Of a stretch of DNA of 64,000 nt, positions 40,131-50,718 are shown in pieces. Origin of the DNA: Savitreella phatthalungensis (lineage: Eukaryota); the NCBI GenBank assembly GCA_051599415.1, contig AP039695.1, forward strand, positions 124,001-188,000, in the 5' to 3' direction. Made by a program: the position numbers and the translations under genes. Under the pieces are notes generated by a model, which was not told where the DNA came from, did not search any database, and saw only the letters and a program-made list of their open reading frames with translations. Position 1 is the stretch's first letter. The number at the start of each line of letters is the position of its first letter.

Positions 40131-41303
40131 ATGGATCCTTGGACTGCTGCAATCCACGCGGACGATGGCGTTGAACCTTCTATCGACGATGTTGCTCCTG
40201 TGATCCACAACACGACGACGTACCGGTACGCGGATGTGACGAACGCTTGTGGGTCGGCTGTGTACCAGCGTGAGGTTTACCCGACAGTGACTCGGTGTGA
40301 GCGTGTGCTGGAAGGTGTGTGCCTGACGGGTCTGAACGGTGGTGGGGAAGTGCACGCTGTGGTGTACGGTGCTGGGTTGTCTGGGGCGCACGCGCTCATG
40401 GTCCACTACGCCCCTCGCAGGCTGTTCATCTCGCGCGCACACGTGGGAGGGTACCACGGCACCCTCGCCGTCGCCAACATCCTCCAGAGACTTACAAACA
40501 TGCAGATCCTCCCACTCGACGCACTACACCCCTACCAGTTCCACAACCACACACACCCCACAACCACCCCACCCAAAGAGACCTTGCGGCACGGTGACCT
40601 GGTGTGGCTCGAGTCTCCCATCAACCCGACGGGTGAATTTGTGGATGTGGGAACGTACGCTGGGCTTGCGTTGAAGGCTGGTGTGGCGTGTGTGGTCGAT
40701 GCTACGTTTGGTCCTCCGCCAGTGTACGATCCGTTTGCTGAGGCTGGCGTGAGTGCGGTGATGCACAGCGCGACCAAGTACTTTGCAGGTCACTCTGATT
40801 TGCTCGCTGGTGTCGTACTTGTGCGCGATCGTCACACCGCTGAAGCGCTGCGTGAAGACAGGGGGGCCCTCGGTACGGTGCCGTCGCCAAACACAGCATG
40901 GCTGTTGCTCAGGTCGCTCCGCACATTCCATATGCGTATTGGGAGGCAGACGACCACGGCAACGGCCCTCGCCGACAGGCTGTGTAAGTTCAAGGAAAGT
41001 TCTGGAGGCGTGCTGGCGGACGTGAAGCACTCGTCGCTCCAGGGAACCCTGCCTGTGGGCGCTACCGCTCATTCACCCACATTCGCAATCCTGCTGAAGG
41101 ATGCGGCAACGGCGTCCAAGTTCCCATCGACCCTCAAGCTCTTCCACCATGCCACCTCCCTTGGCGGCGTCGAGTCACTGTGCGAATGGCGTAGGCTGTC
41201 TGACAAATCGTGCGACGACAGGCTTGTCAGACTCTCCATCGGAGTCGAGAACGTCGACGATTTGTGGGAGGATCTGCAGCAAGGGCTCCAGTCATTTGAG
41301 TAG
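40131..41303 (+). CDS. Cys/Met-metabolism PLP-dependent enzyme (cystathionine gamma-synthase/lyase family, YHR112C-like)
   Basis: WLESPINPTG, VVDATFGPP, MHSATKYFAGHSDLLAG, HATSLGGVESL and LVRLSIGVE. Confidence 0.9.
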   Translation: MDPWTAAIHADDGVEPSIDDVAPVIHNTTTYRYADVTNACGSAVYQREVYPTVTRCERVLEGVCLTGLNGGGEVHAVVYGAGLSGAHALMVHYAPRRLFISRAHVGGYHGTLAVANILQRLTNMQILPLDALHPYQFHNHTHPTTTPPKETLRHGDLVWLESPINPTGEFVDVGTYAGLALKAGVACVVDATFGPPPVYDPFAEAGVSAVMHSATKYFAGHSDLLAGVVLVRDRHTAEALREDRGALGTVPSPNTAWLLLRSLRTFHMRIGRQTTTATALADRLCKFKESSGGVLADVKHSSLQGTLPVGATAHSPTFAILLKDAATASKFPSTLKLFHHATSLGGVESLCEWRRLSDKSCDDRLVRLSIGVENVDDLWEDLQQGLQSFE

Positions 41304-41390
41304 GTACGATATAGTGAATGCTGATACGATAAGGAAGCTAAGAAAAAGGGGAACACGGAATAGGTTTGGACATGTGGATGAGGGGGCTTT

Positions 41391-44300
41391 TCACTGGAAG
41401 AAATGCTTGAAGAGCATGTCGATGAAGAGGTTGACTTTGATTGTGAGCTGGCCGTTGCACAGTTGGAGATTATCCTTTCTGTCAAATTGCGCTTGAAGCA
41501 GTTGGTCGAGCCTGACATTGTTGTCGGTGACGATAATGTCGCCTTGGGTGGAGGTGCCTGCGAGGACGCCGATGCCGGAAGAGATCGCAGATGCCCTGAG
41601 ACCGGCTTGGCAGACGGCGACGCTGAAAACGCCGACCGCGTCCGATGACACTGCCACGTCGAATCGATCAAATGCCGGACCAGCTGATAGGCCGTCAGCC
41701 AAGACGATGTCGACGAGGACCCCGCGACTGTGTAGTTTCGACGCAGCATACCTGCGCGATCCGAACTTTGGCAGCTCTCCAGCCTTCTCAAGCCGCTTGA
41801 GGTGGAAGTACTGCTTTGTGAATGGAATGACGACCTTGTTGAGGCGCTTGCCGGGACTTCCGGACCCGTTTAGTCCGCCGCCATGTTCTTTCGTTTGCAA
41901 GGCAATCATCGCATGAGCGATGTAGTCGTTGTAGCTCTGGAGTTGTTGCTGGAGGTAGCTGTGCTTGGCTTGGAGGTCGGATAGGGAGGATCGCACGTTG
42001 TTGAGCTCTGTGCGGCGGTCGACGCGACGTCGATTTTGTGACTTGATGTCCGTGGCGATGGCAGTGACGACTTCCTGGTAACCGTTCTCTCGCGAAATCC
42101 ACTGGAGCTCCTCAAGCCGGAGAATGTTGTGCAGAGTGTCGCGCTTCAGTTCGCCAAATGTCAAGTCTCGAAGACGGCTTTGCTGCCGACTCATTCGAGT
42201 CGGCGAGGCAGATCGGCCACCTGGTTGTTGCTGCTGGTGCTCCTGCTGCTGCCGCTCGTACATCACAAGCCGATCCCACGCAAGTTCATCTTCCTCCCCA
42301 GGTGGCGTGACGAGGATGTCCAGCAGACTCGTACCCGGCTGGATGCGAACGACGTTGAGGACCATGCGTTTGGTCTGCAGGAAAAGAGCTTGCTCATCGG
42401 CTTCCGGATCCTCGATATCGATCGCCCTGGGGTCTAGCGTGAGCGAAACCTCACTCGTGGACAGCGACTTGAGACTCATGTCCTCTTCTCGCGAGGGTGG
42501 TTCTCCCATCTGAGTGAGAATCTCGTGCACGGGATCATCAGAGTCAGGCGCGATGGTGGCGAGCTGACTGTGAAGAATGTGGTGGAGGAAGAAAAGGTCT
42601 GTGGTCTTGACGTACAGCGTTGGCTTGCGGGTCGCAACGACGTCCTCGAGCGGATCGATGCCAAAGTAGGTCTCGGCATCACCAACGTCGACCATTCGCT
42701 CAAACAGCGCTTCTACACGCGGGAAAACAGAGTCGATGAACTCGTTCAATGGCGCGTGGAAACTGCCTTCATCGAAAATTCGACCGGCAAAGACCTGCTC
42801 GAGCATCCTGCATAGATCTGCGAGGTTCTTGCGCTGGGCTAGACCACAGCTGGTATCGACGAGGCCATGATGGTCAGGTTGGCGAAGGACCGGGAGAACG
42901 AGCTGGGCGAACACAATACTGCCGACAGCATCAATCAGATTAGTCGTTCTGGGCGCCTGTGAGCATTCCTCAAGAGCACGGAAGGCCTCTCGCGCGAGGT
43001 ATCGAATGCTGAATGGCACGGCTTCGATATGTGCCTCGAGAGCGCTCAGAACTTGCTTGGTGAGGTCGCGGAGATCGCGCAAGTGCTTAATGAATAGGAC
43101 GCGCGTGTCAGGATCACGGATGGCTTCGTCGGCCGCAATGTCTCTCATTCGACCACTCACATGGCCTGTCCGCAGCTCCTCGTCGACAGTGATGCTCTTG
43201 TAGATGAGTGCGGGATCGGTCTCGAGATCTAGGAAGTCGTCCTCGAGAATCTCATTGACGACTGTGCCGAGTGCTTCTGCAAGCAGCTTGCCCGGCTGAA
43301 TGCCTCGGAGATAGACAGTGTAGATTCTTTCCCAGAAAGGCGCATTCGATGTGTTACCAATTTCAAAGCGACCGCCAGTCTGCGCGATCTCCATCAGCAC
43401 GCTGGATCGCAGGAGCTTGAGCAGGTAGTACGCCTCACGCTGCTTCTGAGCATAGCCAAAGAGCACCATAACACAGCCATCCATTTGTCTCTGCTCGCGA
43501 TCGTCTTTGAGAACCTGGTGAGCAACGCTGAACAGGCGAGCGAGGTAGACGGGTTGGGTCTGGAGGATGTAGAAGAGCTTCTGGTAGCATTCTACCATAT
43601 GTCTAGCATTCCTGTTCAACGCACGCAGATCAAATTGAGCAGTGCTCGAGGTACTTGCTCCGCGAGCTAGGCTCGGCGCAGGTGTTCTGCGACTCAGGGA
43701 GCGCTGGTGCTGAATGACCTCGTCAATTTTGATCGCCTGTTTGACGAGCAGAGCGATCTTGATATCCATTTGCTCGACATGTTCTTCGTAGTGCTCGTTG
43801 TCTCTGACCTGAGCGATGATCGCTCGACGAAGCTCCTCGATGGACAATTCTTCTTCAAAGTCCTTCTCGCTGTCATCAAGCAGATGGAGGAAATTTCGAA
43901 TGGTTGATAGGGGAGGCGTGGGATCGTACATGAGACTGCGATAAGCAGCACCCTGTTGGCGAGCACGTACGATGGCTTGAGCTCGGGTGACGAGCTCCTC
44001 GTTTCGCCAATAGTATCTGAGCATTGATCGGTGCTTGTGGCGGACGAGTGCGCCTCGAGCATAGGCTTGCAGATGCTCGATGTTTGGCTCAGCTTGGAGA
44101 AGTTTGCGGAATACGCCAATGAAGCGCATGCGAACGAGGGCCGCGCGCGCTCGGCTCTGGAGTGCAACGATTGACTTTTCCTCGTGGTCGAGCGTCATTC
44201 GGAGTCCGAGACACTTGCACCGCATCAAACAAGCACGAGCGAGTGCTTGCACTGCAACGATGTCGTTGTGGACTGCTGCAAATTCGGAGGAGCGGCGCGT

Positions 44301-45650
44301 GACAGCCTCTCTTGCGAGATGACCACGGCCTAGGGTCTGGACGTCTCGCACAGAATCAGCAGCATCCGCGAGATCGCTTTTGAGGTTCTTCAAGTCTTTC
44401 CGGACAGTGCTACCTCGGATGGCAGCCTGTAGAGACTCGATCGGGCCGTCAGCTTCGCGGATGTGTGCAACTTTTGCACTGGTAGATGAACGAGCTAGAT
44501 GACCTTTTGCCACGGCATTCAGCTCAGTGACGTTTTTAGAGAGACCATGAAGTTTACCTATCGTGCCATCGTGCTCCTTGCGTGCGAGATGACCTCTGCA
44601 CAGCCGCTGAAGAGGCTCGCATAGGTCGTTGACGCGCTTTTCCTTCTCATTCGCCAGCGCATTTGTGTGTCGGACGAGGAAGCCGCGCGATTTGCGCTGA
44701 ACAAGTGTAGTCCATCGCTCAATCTCGTAGTACGTGTCTGCACTGTCGAGGTACTTCCGGCGAGCCAAGAAGCCGCGTGCGCGAGCTTGCAATATTGTGG
44801 CGTCGCGATTTTGCTGAGAAGGCTTTGCTGGAATCGATTTCGTATGGACCTTTGCCATAACGGTTTTCTTCAGAGGCTCCTCGACGCTTGATCGTGGGCT
44901 TGGTCTTTTGTCTTCGCCGCCTAGCACACTCGCCATCTTTGCGAAATTTGGCAGGACGCCGGAACCGCTCTCGAGGTTGCGCTGCGTCTTCTGCAGCTGC
45001 TCTTCTGTGAACTCGACCTGTCCCGACAGGTCAGCGATACGAGCGGCAACACCATCCTTCGCCAACATGTAAGATAGTGCATGGATACAGTAGATGACCC
45101 TAGGAATATTCTTCTTGTCGTAGAGATCTGTGAGCTCGAATCTGAAGTTTCGGGGGATGTTGATGCGGTCGACAAACTTGAAGAAATGATTGATGTTGTC
45201 GGAATGCCTGAATTGGAGCTTAGGGGCCTCAAAGATGCGTGGTACGAGATCCGGTGCGAAGACACGAGCGAGCTTGGCGAGGACAATGCCGTTGCGCAAG
45301 TCCTCCTCGAGATCGACGACTGAAGGAACTGGGTGACCTAGACAGCTTTCAAGCCATGATTTTGCCTCGCTGACACGACAGAGGTACTCATATGCCTGGA
45401 TATTTGCACGCTGAGTGTCCATCCAGCTGTGACCGATCGATCCTTGTTTGACGATAGGTGAGCTGCGCTGTAGTCTGATTCGACCATTGAGGCCTGTCAC
45501 GTCAGGACCTCCTTCACCATCAGCCTGCGCGAGAAGGTCCTTGATCTCGAGACTGTCGACGTCACCCGCAAGATCGACACCTAGGACGGAGAGTGTCTTA
45601 AGGTGACGTGAGGACGGACGACCTGGACGGTTGTTGATTGTGGTCGCCAT
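41391..45650 (-). CDS. rng2: IQGAP-family protein (Rng2/Iqg1)
   Basis: CH domain (AYEYLCRVSEAKSWLE, LRNGIVLAKL, QFRHSDNINHF, DLYDKKNIPRVIYCIHAL), many IQ motifs, a RasGAP-like domain and RasGAP_C. Confidence 0.93.
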   Translation of the reverse strand: MATTINNRPGRPSSRHLKTLSVLGVDLAGDVDSLEIKDLLAQADGEGGPDVTGLNGRIRLQRSSPIVKQGSIGHSWMDTQRANIQAYEYLCRVSEAKSWLESCLGHPVPSVVDLEEDLRNGIVLAKLARVFAPDLVPRIFEAPKLQFRHSDNINHFFKFVDRINIPRNFRFELTDLYDKKNIPRVIYCIHALSYMLAKDGVAARIADLSGQVEFTEEQLQKTQRNLESGSGVLPNFAKMASVLGGEDKRPSPRSSVEEPLKKTVMAKVHTKSIPAKPSQQNRDATILQARARGFLARRKYLDSADTYYEIERWTTLVQRKSRGFLVRHTNALANEKEKRVNDLCEPLQRLCRGHLARKEHDGTIGKLHGLSKNVTELNAVAKGHLARSSTSAKVAHIREADGPIESLQAAIRGSTVRKDLKNLKSDLADAADSVRDVQTLGRGHLAREAVTRRSSEFAAVHNDIVAVQALARACLMRCKCLGLRMTLDHEEKSIVALQSRARAALVRMRFIGVFRKLLQAEPNIEHLQAYARGALVRHKHRSMLRYYWRNEELVTRAQAIVRARQQGAAYRSLMYDPTPPLSTIRNFLHLLDDSEKDFEEELSIEELRRAIIAQVRDNEHYEEHVEQMDIKIALLVKQAIKIDEVIQHQRSLSRRTPAPSLARGASTSSTAQFDLRALNRNARHMVECYQKLFYILQTQPVYLARLFSVAHQVLKDDREQRQMDGCVMVLFGYAQKQREAYYLLKLLRSSVLMEIAQTGGRFEIGNTSNAPFWERIYTVYLRGIQPGKLLAEALGTVVNEILEDDFLDLETDPALIYKSITVDEELRTGHVSGRMRDIAADEAIRDPDTRVLFIKHLRDLRDLTKQVLSALEAHIEAVPFSIRYLAREAFRALEECSQAPRTTNLIDAVGSIVFAQLVLPVLRQPDHHGLVDTSCGLAQRKNLADLCRMLEQVFAGRIFDEGSFHAPLNEFIDSVFPRVEALFERMVDVGDAETYFGIDPLEDVVATRKPTLYVKTTDLFFLHHILHSQLATIAPDSDDPVHEILTQMGEPPSREEDMSLKSLSTSEVSLTLDPRAIDIEDPEADEQALFLQTKRMVLNVVRIQPGTSLLDILVTPPGEEDELAWDRLVMYERQQQEHQQQQPGGRSASPTRMSRQQSRLRDLTFGELKRDTLHNILRLEELQWISRENGYQEVVTAIATDIKSQNRRRVDRRTELNNVRSSLSDLQAKHSYLQQQLQSYNDYIAHAMIALQTKEHGGGLNGSGSPGKRLNKVVIPFTKQYFHLKRLEKAGELPKFGSRRYAASKLHSRGVLVDIVLADGLSAGPAFDRFDVAVSSDAVGVFSVAVCQAGLRASAISSGIGVLAGTSTQGDIIVTDNNVRLDQLLQAQFDRKDNLQLCNGQLTIKVNLFIDMLFKHFFQ

Positions 45651-47427
45651 TGGAAATGAGTACGAATGGATGGATGCAGGGGTTTGAGTGGGGATGCGAG
45701 GGATGTTTCAGATTGTTGATGCGGCGGTAGACATGATCATGACAAGGGTCGTGCAGACGGTTTGAGCTTGCTGGCTTTGAAGAAAAAGGTTGCCGACTGT
45801 TGGACGATCGATGTGCAGGAGAAAATAGGGTGTCGGGAGATCCTGTGGAGTTCTGACTGGTTGCGCACAGGGAAGCGAAGTGCAGAGGTCACGGAGTTGA
45901 AGCGACTCTGAGGACTGTCTCTCTTTTGCTCGTTTGATCTTGCTGTACGTGACTAAACAGCACACTTCTCACTCGTGATTCGGGACAACCAGTCAAAAGT
46001 CGCAGTCGAGTATGATTATTGTGATAGGAGTATGCGTATGACACGGAAGTATAGTATAGTATATTGTGCTATGCTCAGAGGAGCTTCGTGCTGGGCATAG
46101 GTACGTCTAGACAGTCAGGGTAATACAGATTCGGACAGTTAATATTAATTGAATAGAGTACTCTGTAGATTGTATAGACAGACGTACATAAATTACATTC
46201 TAGATGTGGAAGTGTGATCTGGAGTCAACTTTGAGTGGATCAAATGAAAGTCGAAAATGAAAAAAGTAAACAAATGGCAACCACTCCAAATGGGAAATTG
46301 CAACTTACTGACTGGCTCACTGACTGATTGACTTGATCAGACCAAATGCAACAATAATACTGATTCAACACAGTGATTCAGTAGAGTCAACTGAATTCAG
46401 ACGATCAATATCTTGCTTGATCTGATCTCTGTTCATTGTCAGCCAGAAACAACACGTTCAGGGTCAGATATCCACGCACTTTATCAGTCTGTCCATGTCC
46501 TTTGCACATCCACAGTCAGCATTACTCGGAGCTCTCGCTTGCTCTACTGAGCGAGATCTCTGGTCACATATTGGATCAAGTTGTGCTTGATACATGGGTA
46601 AGCAATATCGTCCATCCGTGATCCTTCAAATCAGAAAGCCGGCCATGTCAGGCATGCGAGTATCATCGAAACATCATTGATCATCATTATCAAAGTCAGC
46701 GATGATTGATAGCGTATTTTCATGTGGGCGTGCCGGACTTGCATGTGCCAAGTCGAGTTTGTTTTAATTACTGCTACGATCAGGTGTGACAGTCAGGCAG
46801 ACAGATTCATACTCGCTGTCCTTTTATCTAGTCGTGCACCATGTATGTTCGATTCTCCTTAACCCTTCCTCGTCCATCACCCATTGCATGGTGCACATGT
46901 TTTCTTCTGCAGATCTTCAGACATCTGGGATTCTGGATGTGCATATGGAGTAAATTAAATTACTATCACACTTCTGCCTGCATTGACAGGTCATTTGAGC
47001 TGTTCCCAGAATTGTCTCGTCTCGTCTCGAGACGAATCACACCTTGATGGTTCATTACCCCGTAACAGGCAGAGCATGTGGTTATACCTGATCTTCTCCC
47101 GCCCACCTCCGAAGGACTCTCTTCCGCCTCAAGACCAATACAAATGTCTGATATACTCACACATGAAATCAAAGGCGCCTGCTTGTCAATTTAAATGCAT
47201 TCTGCTCGTGTGTCAAAGTAGTCATACCTTGTAGGCCGCTGGAGCGCTTAAATCTGCGCGTCCCGCGCATACCTTTGTGGCGGAAACATGTGACCCGTAG
47301 AGTTGATCTCTGGCTAGCCCCTGTTTACTCTGACCTTTTATAAACGCTTGGTCGCCATGGACCCTAAAATCACTGCTCATCAGGTTCCGTGACGTGACTT
47401 GACCCGACCTTATACACCAAGCCTACG

Positions 47428-48051
47428 ATGACATCCTCACCGATACCTGAGACAGGCTTTCCGTTCCACAAGCTGCCGGTGGAGGTGATGCTTGAGGTTG
47501 TGCGGTATCTGCGTGCTTCGCACTGGGAGGTTGTTGATATGGCTGACGGGAGTGTTGCTGGGAAGTTTGAGGAGGAGGATGCTGCGCTTGAGTGCGCATG
47601 GACTCTGAGCAAGCGGTGGTTGCTCGACCATGCATACGCGCTGGACAAGGACGACCCATGGAGCTCCAACATCTTCAACTACCGTCAGGCGCCCTTTGGC
47701 TGCCTCGATCCAGCTCGCCAGCTCAGACACAAGATCTTCGAGGAGATCACGCTCGAGTCTGGCGGAGAGCTTATCTGCCCACGTCTCGTCGCCCAGATGC
47801 GGCTCAACATCCTCCGGCGCGAAGTCAGCCAGCTATCCATCCCTCCACCCACACTCACAGCACGTGGTGCTATGCGATCTGACTCAGACGCGGGCTCTGA
47901 TTCCGAGGCTGAGACCGATGCCGAACCTGAGGTGAAGCCGTTCAGGTACGCGCGGGTGGTCGAGTGCTTTGAGACTGGGCTGCCGACCTGCCTGGCATGG
48001 ATGGATGCTTTGTTGGTCGATGGGGTGTCAGACGATTGCGTTCGGCACTAG
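47428..48051 (+). CDS. Hypothetical protein with N-terminal F-box-like motif
   Basis: FPFHKLPVEVMLEVVRYL resembles the F-box LPxE..I..YL signature. 207 aa; overlaps the atl1 3' end. Confidence 0.5.
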   Translation: MTSSPIPETGFPFHKLPVEVMLEVVRYLRASHWEVVDMADGSVAGKFEEEDAALECAWTLSKRWLLDHAYALDKDDPWSSNIFNYRQAPFGCLDPARQLRHKIFEEITLESGGELICPRLVAQMRLNILRREVSQLSIPPPTLTARGAMRSDSDAGSDSEAETDAEPEVKPFRYARVVECFETGLPTCLAWMDALLVDGVSDDCVRH

Positions 48052-48414
48052 CACGCCCTCTCCGTCCCAGCCGTACAGGAACAGGTTGACCTGTCCGCCG
48101 TTGCCGAGATCTCCTGCGTCGCCTGCGTCCTGGACGTCGACGCCCTCCTCGCGCAGCAGGTGTGCCTGCCGCTCGGTCGCACGCGTCCCGCCCTCCCTAG
48201 GCGAGATGACGCCCTTGCTGTTCACCACCCGCTGCCACGGCACCTCCTCGATCCCGTCCGGAATCGTCTTCAAGCACGACCCCACCAACCGAGCGTGACG
48301 CGGGTATCCACACAGCGATGCAACCTCACCATACGACGTCACCCGTCCAGCCGGAATCTGTCTGACCACAGCATAAACCATCTCACGGAAATTACTCGGC
48401 GCCCGCTCGGACAT
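48028..48414 (-). CDS. atl1: Alkyltransferase-like protein Atl1 (non-catalytic O6-alkylguanine sensor)
   Basis: VYAVVRQIPAGRVTSYGEVA, PRHARLVG and PWQRVVNSKG (Trp in place of the MGMT PCHR Cys); ATG at 48414. Confidence 0.9.
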   Translation of the reverse strand: MSERAPSNFREMVYAVVRQIPAGRVTSYGEVASLCGYPRHARLVGSCLKTIPDGIEEVPWQRVVNSKGVISPREGGTRATERQAHLLREEGVDVQDAGDAGDLGNGGQVNLFLYGWDGEGVLVPNAIV

Positions 48415-49849
48415 CGTCAACGGACACCCGACGGGCTCGGGTCAAGAGATCAGCTTTTGAGGGCTACATTCGAGCACCCATGGATTTGTTTGGGTGAGCT
48501 GTGGAGCCGTAGCTTGCATGTGTCAGGTGCGAGTGGCTAGGTAAATGGATCGATCCAGGTCCCGAGTTTTCTTAGGCCATCAGGCTGAAGGGAATTTCCC
48601 GTGGTCGAGTTGGATGCAGAAATAGATTCTGATTCCCAAGTTTGCAGATGCACCACGTAGCAGGGAGAGTCGATTATTTGACCTGAAGCATAGAAGGCTC
48701 ACTGCAGATCAGCTGATTGCTCCTGGTCGCGTGAACGAATGCATGGAGCGTTCACCCTAGCTACTAGCATCTGAATCGTTCAACAGTGCCATTGAAGCCT
48801 TCGTCATTCCATCGGGCGTTCATTGCTGCCTTACTTCATCTAACGCACAACGGATTCGACGATGCTTTCAACAGAACATGTCTTGACAAGTGTCGTGTGA
48901 TGTGGGTTTGCATAGTCTGTTGGGTCTCCCCAATTTTATCTAAGCTATGTTTGCATCGGGGTATTATTCACCACTTGTAACATACACATAGATTTCTTCA
49001 GGTTGCCGCTCTTTTCCTGACTGTCTGAACCTTCTGCCAATCCTCCGCGAATACGAGCATGACAGATCTTCAAAAGTGCTGCAAGTGACGATCATTTGCG
49101 GAAGCGAAGCGACGTGAAGCGAGATCTACAGACTGGAAGAGGTCTTGTCTGGTGAATATTTCTCGAATTGACCATGCTACAGCTCAAGGCTAGGCGGATG
49201 CGTGACGGGTGCTCCTTGGAAGTCTCCCAATGACGCTTCTCTTTCACTTGTTGGAAATAAAACAGGCACCCAAACGAGAAGTTACATCACCATCAGCCGA
49301 GCTTGCTTTCCACCTTTTAGAGTCGATTGCCCCGATGAAATAAGAGATGGCTTGGAAGATTGACGGAGTAAATCTCTTTAGGAGGAATGATACCGAATTT
49401 CTACTCCCAATTGATAACAACGTACTGAAGCTAGCAAGGGTGAAGCATCATTTGCCAAGTTACCAGATTTCAGCAATTGCATTCTAATGCATCGAGAATT
49501 GTGAAGAGTAGAATAGAGCAGCTGGGTGAGGAGAGTAGAAGAGAATCACAATCTGATTCAGGCGAGGTTCGTGATTCGAAAGGAGAGTCAGGAGGACAAG
49601 ATAGGAGAGGAAAGAGACTAGAATAGATTATCAGTGAGACTCCACGTCAGTTCTAATTGGAGGATGTTCCTCTGCCAGTATCAATGGAATCAAGTTGTGA
49701 ATCCTAAGCCTGAATTCAAATGATGAATACTGAGCCTGAACCAGCCAGAAGTTAGTTCCAAGGATTGAATGGATTCGAATCCAGTAACCAGGTAACTCCG
49801 AATGACTGAGCTTAAGTTACAGCTCTCGGGATTCCGTAACACCCGGACT

Positions 49850-49980
49850 AAATCTACTCCTGCTCTAATCTACTCTTACTGTACTCTACTCTACTCGATT
49901 CTTACTCTACTATACTCTACTTCTACTCTCACTCTCCTCATACTCCCCGAATGCTTATACTGTACTTCAATACTCTGCAT
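49850..49980. repeat. Degenerate (CTACT)n pentamer tract
   Basis: tctactcctgctctaatctactcttactgtactctactctactc... read directly. Confidence 0.6.
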
Positions 49981-50718
49981 CATAATTTTCTCCCTACTCT
50001 AGACTCCTTTACAGGAAATCACTCTAGCTGAATTATACGTGCATACTACGCATTTCTCCACCGGCCGCACACAGCCAGCACCAAACAAATCAACTGTGCA
50101 CTATTTGCTGCCTTCAGCCCTCTAGAGGCCACCCTTCACACAGGCAAGCTCAGCACCTTTCAGCTCGGCATACAGCTCAGGGCAGCATAGGTCATTCCTG
50201 TCTATCCGTTTCAGAATCAACATCGTCAGGAAAACGGATCTCTAGGGATTTGACTGTTGAGGTACTCCTGCATACCACCCTCATCCCCTCATCTGCCTGC
50301 TTGATTGTGTCAAAAGCGCGTCCGAACGACGGAGCACGCGCCGAGTGAGCCCACAGCAGTCGACAAGGACACGCTCAACCGCAATTTCATAGCGTGTCGA
50401 TCCCCGTGCTCTCATCCTCCGCCATCTGGTCTCGAAGGACCGGTAGTTGCAAGGCTGGCAAAGTCCTCTGGGACAAGAAGCAGATACGAGTCATCGAACT
50501 TTTGCATACTTAACGACAGCGCTTACGAGACCTCCGGCTCTGGAGATCGCCCCTGACTCAGGTGCTTGAATTTCTGACGCGTCTGCAGCGGAGCTCCGAC
50601 GAATCATTACACCAGAGCACGACAAAATTAGCCGTGGGCCGCATCGCCCATCCTACCACGATATAACGACATCCATAACCCTCACTGCTACGTTCTTCCT
50701 GTCGCAGCATATCCCGAC

